DNA of 57,660 nucleotides, the filler included, from Sphacelaria rigidula (taxonomy: Eukaryota), in NCBI GenBank assembly GCA_964200075.2. It is 6 parts of 6 records of this genome, joined end to end, with 100 filler letters (N's around TTAATTAATTAA, not from the genome) between each part and the next. Parts side by side here need not be neighbours in the genome. Positions count along the whole stretch, not along the records: positions 48,135 to 57,660 come from CAXNAA020008296.1; 5 more parts are not named here. One strand, 5' to 3'. Below the pieces are notes generated by a model, which did not search any database, was not told the origin of the DNA, and saw nothing but the letters and a program-made list of their open reading frames with translations. Shown piece after piece: positions 51,220-57,660 of this stretch (its first letter is position 1; every line of letters begins with the position of its first letter). The position numbers and the translations under genes are program-made.

Positions 51220-51429
51220 TGTAATCCGTGAGAGGACCGTGTGCTTGGAGGACCGCATATTAGCTCCAAACACCTCAGGATCGACGTTTTGCAAAACCAA
51301 TCGGGCAATCCCTGCAGGGACCACGCCCCTGACCCTAACCCCAACACTAACCCTAACCCTAACCTCAACCATAGCGGTGTTTGAACGCCGATGCGTTCCT
51401 CTAAGCACGCGGTCCTCTCACGCATTTTG
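51220..51429 (+). mobile_element. Telomere-repeat MITE copy
   Basis: TIRs and ccctaaccccaacactaaccctaaccctaacc tract. Confidence 0.85.
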
Positions 51430-52336
51430 GACTACTTCGAAGCGCCCTCCATCTCAATTGACCCATGGTATTCCTCTACGACTGGAAGTGCAGGCCTGAC
51501 TTGTACACTCAAATTGTACACAGAGGTGAAAGCACCTTTGTTATAAACTCATCATACTAGGAAATAGTCAAATATTGCCGGTAACGGCAAACCCCAATGA
51601 AGTGGAAAAATTGGCGCCCTCGTCGCCAGTACCACTGTAATCGACTGTACGAGTATCAACTTGTCCATTTCACAGCCCTAGAGAGAACGTATTGGTTGCG
51701 TGTCCAGTACACTTACAAGTCATCAACTCGCCCCCGCCAGTGGCAGGTCAGTCTGGATACAGGTACTACATTCAAGTGCACATCAGGCCGTTTCTGAAAC
51801 CTTGAAGCGGCCAGTCACTCCGACGGCCTTTATTGGCCCCTTTTTCCGGGGGGGGTCGGAGTAGTTGACTGTAGTGGTGGAAGACATGACGGCTACACAA
51901 GAACAGGACAACCTGGGGATGTGGGGGGGGCGGGCCGTTACCATGTACATGTTTGCGTCACAGTGGGCACAGTACAGTACAGTCTACACAGCACCCCTCG
52001 TGGGTCATGAAGGTGTGGCAGGTGCGGCCATTGTGCTGACCGCTGACGGAGCCTTTGGCAGATACGACTGCCAGTGAGAAAGATGTGTCGCGCAGATGCT
52101 CCCAAAATCTCCCGTCCGCCCTTTCAAGCACTACGAAAGACTGCCATGTGTGTATTCATCACACTTGGAAAAAAAATATGGACATACGAAGGGCCCAGAA
52201 GCCATGAAGGGGTCATTTGGGTGAGCAGCGGTCGTACTTCTCCAAATGTATTTCAAATGTACGCGCGATTGGCTTATCAGGCCGGACTAAAGATTCAAGA
52301 AGTCCTGGGCGCCCAAGGAGTCGGGCGGGTCCTTAA

Positions 52337-52435
52337 CCCTTGGACCCCGAGAGCAGCCCATCTGGATCATGCAGCCTTTTTTTCAAGGGAAATTGATCCC
52401 GATTCAACAGATGGCCGACCCGCGCTGTCCAAGGG
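52337..52435. mobile_element. piggyBac-like MITE, diverged relative
   Basis: ttaa|cccttggac...gtccaaggg|ttaa; shares gaaattgat.ccgattcaacaga core. Confidence 0.75.
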
Positions 52436-55151
52436 TTAACGGAGATGATTAATGGTTTCTCTCAATATCGTATCACGCACGACATCGGACCTTTGGAGGC
52501 TAGAAGCGGGGGTTTTGTATCGCGTCTGTGTGAATTTTTCTGGGGCCAGCTTTATTTTCGATTATTTTAACCCCACTCACGGGGTAGTTAGCCCGTGACG
52601 GCAGAAGGCGTCCGAATCAGATGCTCAGTACCGAGTACTACGCAAATATGGGGACGGTTTTATTAATATAATAGTGTAAAGACAAGAGCATGTCGCTACG
52701 TTCACCACCCCCAACGAAAGTGCCCCAAATCGTTTTTTGCAGAAACGATTTGTTTTTAGCCCGAAGAGGAACATAGATGTTCCGTTGACAGAGGCATATG
52801 CCACAAGGTGAATCCAATTATGGAACCATAGCCGCAATGGACCGGCGCGCGCTGGATCTTTTTCTGTACTGCTGTACCCCGTACAGTAAAGCGACCCTTT
52901 TTTGGTGACTTCGCACAAAACACAGCACAGTAGTACATGCTGTCACACGGAATCTACGCTCGCGCCCCGAAGCCGTTGACACGGGACGTGATGTAGAACG
53001 ACTACTACAGTACTACTGCTACTTTTCATGAACGATTCTCAACACCGATAATGTCAGATAAAGTGACGATTGATGGTCACAATGCGCCGCCGTTTTATGT
53101 TCCCGTCCCAGTAGACACTGAAATAGCAAAGATCACGATCACATTTTGCACGAAAAGAAGAATGGCTGTCGAGACCCAGGCTTGAGTGCTGGAACCATCT
53201 GACACAACACAGCTCTGTCATTTCGCTCTCTGCAACTCAAAGCGTATATAGCACTCACTGTTCAAACGGGAAAAAAAGCGGCACAGAACAAAGCAGCAGC
53301 TGGCGGCTTGCAAGGTGATACAAGGCCATCACAGATTTCTTCCTCCAAGTAAAGACATATGCTCGGAAATGAACACGGCGAGTATGACATGGTTTACATG
53401 TCGTTTCTCGCAAAGACAGTCAGTGACGAACACGAAGATGGTCTCTGTTCCAATCTCCGCCTTCCTTTTAATATCCCATCTTCAACCTCTAGAATATCCA
53501 TGTAGACACATAAAAACCGTGCTTGTCGCCGACTCCAAAAGTAATGATGTTTCAAGGCGGTTATCTCGGCAACCAAGCAGATGATTGGACTGCGGTTCGT
53601 TGCGTGCGCTTCCCACACACTCAATCTAGGTCACGCCGTTATAGATTTCCTTCACGCGTGATATTAAGCCGCACCAAACCAAAAATTGTTTTGAAAAGTG
53701 TTTTTTTCTGCAGTTTTTGACTTTTGGGGTCCGTTGTGGTGGATGGAGCAAATCTGTAACAGGTTTATATAGCTGCTGTGTGTGTATTCAAGGTGGGAAC
53801 CTTGAGAAAAAAAACGGAGGTTTGTTCCCCATTTAAACCGGGAAAATGAGGCGTTATTATGGCGGTTAGAGCTGTATTTCCGTTGAAGCGGTGTAACCGG
53901 TTCAATTGCGTTAAAGTTGAGGAACGGCATGACTCCTGCTCCTCCCTCGTATTGTTGGGCACTGGGTTGCAAAGCCGGCGGGGTGTCGGGTGCACACAGT
54001 GCTAGGGGTTTAAACTGGTGAGGTTGTTACGGGTGCTTTCTCGAAAGTGCTGGCGTTGGAAGATTTTGGTAAAAATAAGCAGATCGTCCTCAAAACAGTG
54101 CCCAAGTTAGTGTTAGTTGGCGTATTCGGGCGATAGGAGTAGATACCACGTCTATCAGAAGGGTTTTATTGTCGGTGAAGTACAGTTCTTCGGCTCTAGT
54201 GCAATGAGTAGGTGGTATTTCGAAAGAACAAGCCAGTACATTTCTTCACGAATACGATCGGGACAGGCTCGATCGACCGAAAATACCAAAGAGTTGGAAG
54301 CTAGGCTGGAAAGTGGCAGGATCCCCGATGACAGGTGAGCCCATAAGTCGCTCAATATTGAGGACAAGTGGCTTGATTTCCTTGGAATGCGGAGCGGATA
54401 CAAATATCCTCAGATCCCCAGTCTGATGAGCGGTGGCAAGCGAAAGAGCTTAGAAATCGCCAATTACGAAGAAATTACTAAATGAACAGTTCGGACGCCT
54501 ACTACTGTCTAGTTCTTCCTCTCGACACCCTGTGTTGGCTAGGGTTAGGTGCCAGATTTGAACAGCAGCTGTTCGAGTAATCATCAACACCATTTCTTAT
54601 CACGCTTTCAAATCGTTGTCACCAGCCATTGTACAGTAAGTTCGACAGCTGTTGCACGGGTGCGGAGGTGTGAGATTGAACCTTGCCGTCACCGGCAACG
54701 GGTGTGTTTGAGCGTATAAATCATCCGCCACACACGAAACACACGACAACAACGCCTAATTCACCTGCGCTTCAATGTTTTGGAGGCTTTTCCCCTTGCT
54801 CATCAGGTTGAACCGGTTTCCGGTGAATTGGTTAAACCTGCTGAAAAAACACCGCTTCAACCGGTTTTTGTTTTTGGTATCCCGTGCCCGCCTCTTGTGT
54901 GTATGCGGGGGGCTGCAAAGTACCGCGGACCGGCTTGCTTCCTGTGTCGAGAACAGCACGATGAAGAGGGGTACAGCTCTCGCATACTTAAACCAAGTTG
55001 GTTGGGGATGTAGTGTGTGTTGTGTTCGTGTCCTGCTCGGCAGAGGTGCGACCACCTGATGACATGTTCATTATTCCTCCGCGTTCTTTTTTTTTCCCCT
55101 CGGGAAGTGTTTTTCTGGTCGTCAGGACCCCCTTTCACCCCCACAACAGTA

Positions 55152-55736
55152 CAAGCTGGGCTAGCAGTGAATCCCCCATTTGCATGTCACACCATTACTC
55201 ATCAAGTTTACCAAATCCGCCCAACTTGGGGATATCGGTGCGTGACCTGCAGACCAACGTGGTGAGGCACTGGACCGCCGCTGAATGGAAGAAGAATGTA
55301 CTGCATAACGTATCACCTAACCGACGGAACGAGAAGAAGGAATCCGTCGGGGTTCGAACTCGTGACCTCCATAACTGGAGTCAACTGCATCACTTGAATT
55401 ATAGGAGCGCAGCCGTGCCACACGAAAAGTTGGATACTGCGCCAAATTTCTGGAATTTTTGGCCGAACTTGTAGCAGGATCTCCTCCACACAAGGACGCA
55501 CAACTACACTAGGGATGCCCCCCGTATTTATTAATTTTCATGGAGTTGAAGCATTTTTCTAGTTTTTGCTGAAACTTCAAATCGCTCGAAGTGTATGTCT
55601 TGTTTTCTTGGCATCCCTGGGAAGGTTGTGCGTAGTGATGGTGAAAATGTTGTGTCAAAATCTTAGCGCCTAACGCTTCGGATTACCCACCACCCGGTCC
55701 GGATACATTCGCAAATCAGTCAGCTGGCCCAGTTCG
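55152..55736 (-). mobile_element. Tc1/mariner-like MITE with an internal tRNA-like cassette; other copies 32722-33351 and ~28130-28593
   Basis: TA|caagctgggc ... gcccagttcg|TA; colinear internal sequence in three fragments. Confidence 0.7.
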
Positions 55737-56069
55737 TATTAATAGTAGTGGTGTGTATTCCCCGGAAACTAATGACAGCTGTGCCTTGCTCCGCTGAGCA
55801 AGTCATGAGCCATAACTATCCAGCCCCGCATATGTATAAACTGTATTAACTCCAAGATAGCTCGATTCATGATACGATTCACCCCCAACAGCTAGCTGAC
55901 CACTGCGTACCAACCGTCTGAAGGCCTCCGCTGACGGTCCCGCGAGTTGTTGAAAGGATGATGAAGGATGATATCGTGTACAGTGCGCTGATACGTGATG
56001 ATGGACATGACACAAGCCTCGTCATACACTGTGCCGTCCTGCTCGCTTGCTCCCGTTGCTCGTTTGCAG

Positions 56070-56118
56070 CCCCGACGCCTGATCCGCGAACACCGCACCC
56101 CCGAGGCGCCCGGACACG
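56070..56118 (+). CDS. Exon of OSCA/TMEM63/CSC1 mechanosensitive channel (PRRLIREHRTPEAPGH)
   Basis: tttgcag acceptor, G|gtgagt donor, phase 0-1; 'PR....P..P' segment preceding the GLFSWI motif. Confidence 0.75.
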
Positions 56119-56584
56119 GTGAGTGGTGTACGCTTTACTGTGCTGAGTGATAACGGCACCGTATCGTCATGTTGTCCCATGTCCCATACTTTACTGGAGT
56201 GCTCTGCCGTACAGTACCGACTTTACTACTCTACAGTTTGTTCTGGCTGGAAAGACAGGAAGCGATCCCATCCCTGTTTGATGGCTTCTTCCTCCTTCCT
56301 GTCATGTGCAACTGATCGTGTGATTATGATCGATGCACCCTGCTACTGTCATAGCGCACTTTTTTCCTTGGATAGATTCGTCTCCGTCTCTCCGTGTGAC
56401 GACCACATGAACCCATGTGACGTGTAAAGTTGCCACTTTTTATCGAGTTTTCCCTTCTTGTTGTCTTCACGGATGACAGATGACTTTGTTCAATCGTTCA
56501 ATTGCTGGTACGGCATGCACTCGTATGGAATGATGATGTTTTGAACTCGCACTTGCGTGATATTTGGTCTTTGATCTTGGCCAG

Positions 56585-56705
56585 GGTTGTTCTCATGGAT
56601 TGGGGCCGGTAGCAAGATCAACGACGATGAGCTGCATCGTATGGTGGGTATGGACCACTACGTCCTCCTGCGCTTCGTCAAGTTCGGCAGGAATCTTACC
56701 TTCAT
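56585..56705 (+). CDS. Exon of OSCA/TMEM63/CSC1 channel (GLFSWIGAGSKINDDELHRMVGMDHYVLLRFVKFGRNLTF)
   Basis: Matches RSN1_TM-domain signature GxxSWI...DDE....GxDxYxxLRF; ccag acceptor, AT|gtaagt donor, phase 1-2. Confidence 0.9.
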
Positions 56706-57331
56706 GTAAGTAGTACCCGTGATGTCAATATTCACCATGAGTACAACGAAACGACAAACGATACAAACGGGGCGGTTCACCTTTCGCTGCTTACAGTACT
56801 GCCCAAAAAATGGCCCCACTGTACTCACTGCTGGAGGAAGCCGACACGCTGTGAAATGCAGCACAAAGGCATGAGCAAGTGGTGGGTATCCCAAGCTGTA
56901 GTAGCACGTAGCACTGGCTGGCCACAAGACCACCGCGAGTGTCTCAACCTCCACATATAATAGCATGTCTTTAGCATGACATGGCTTCTTTAGTCATGAC
57001 GTAATCGCTTGCGCATACTGCACCACTGCAGTACGAGTATAATGGCAGTGCTGAAGCCTGAGGTGTAGGTGTACTACATACCCCTGGTTCTGGCGGGGAA
57101 GAGGAAATGAGGAGGTTCACCGCACTGTACGTCTCTCACTGTGCCGCTTGAAAAGGCGCACTTCATTCGCCTCCAAAAATGGCCCTGAGTTCATGCAGCG
57201 TGTGTACGCTGAAAGATCCTTCATCTTCATTTTTTGTCATGCAAGGAGGCGTGTTTTTGGCGTGTTTTGCATCGATTCAATTCTGGGCTGGCCTGGCCGA
57301 AACGTGGCGATGCGTTGCGTGATCCTTTCAG

Positions 57332-57442
57332 GACGAGTATTGTCGCAGCCGTCTTGATCGGGCTGGTGTACCTAGACGGAGGCAACAACCGGGAAGGCTT
57401 TGGAGAGCTCACCATGGCCAATGTGCCGAACTCGAGCGAAAG
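57332..57442 (+). CDS. Exon of OSCA/TMEM63/CSC1 channel (MTSIVAAVLIGLVY...LTMANVPNSSER); gene continues past window
   Basis: tttcag acceptor, AG|gtgagg donor, phase 2-2; TM helix followed by conserved L(S/T)xxNV motif. Confidence 0.88.
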
Positions 57443-57660
57443 GTGAGGAAAGTAAATGTACCTGGTACCTAAATATAGGCGATTGCACCTATCAGAGAGT
57501 TTCGGGGGGGAAAAAGCAGAACTCAGGAATAAAAGCGAGAACGACTGGATTGTTCACGCTTAAACCCCAGGTTTATTTTTATTTATTTTTACCACGTAGG
57601 TGTGGACCGTGGCCAACTTTTCAGGGTTCAGTCTTTTCTGTTCCGAATCCACGTGGTCGG

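Overview
Eukaryotic, intron-rich and repeat-rich DNA, most likely from a brown alga (inferred from intron style, repeat types and protein families). The window is not one locus. It is six near-equal fragments (9527, 9527, 9527, 9527, 9526, 9526 nt) joined by five identical 100-nt N44-TTAATTAATTAA-N44 linkers, so nothing should be linked across them. Four partial spliced genes can be rebuilt with phase-consistent GT-AG exons: (1) a long coiled-coil protein with APC/C-degron-like motifs (+, 1951-9210); (2) a four-TM MARVEL/synaptophysin-like membrane protein (-, 21700-26670); (3) a secreted Cys-rich protein whose predicted mature N-terminus is His1 (HIYLVESRQY), a candidate histidine-brace/LPMO-like copper protein (-, 42710-45947); (4) an OSCA/TMEM63/CSC1 channel (+, 56070-57442, running off the end). 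The rest is mostly non-autonomous mobile DNA. This includes a tRNA-derived SINE (5 copies), hAT-, piggyBac-, mariner- and CACTA-like MITEs, and an ~210-bp TG..CA MITE with 4-bp TSDs that carries TTAGGG telomere-like repeats (11 copies). Many of these elements are nested. Most ORFs in the supplied track are spurious.
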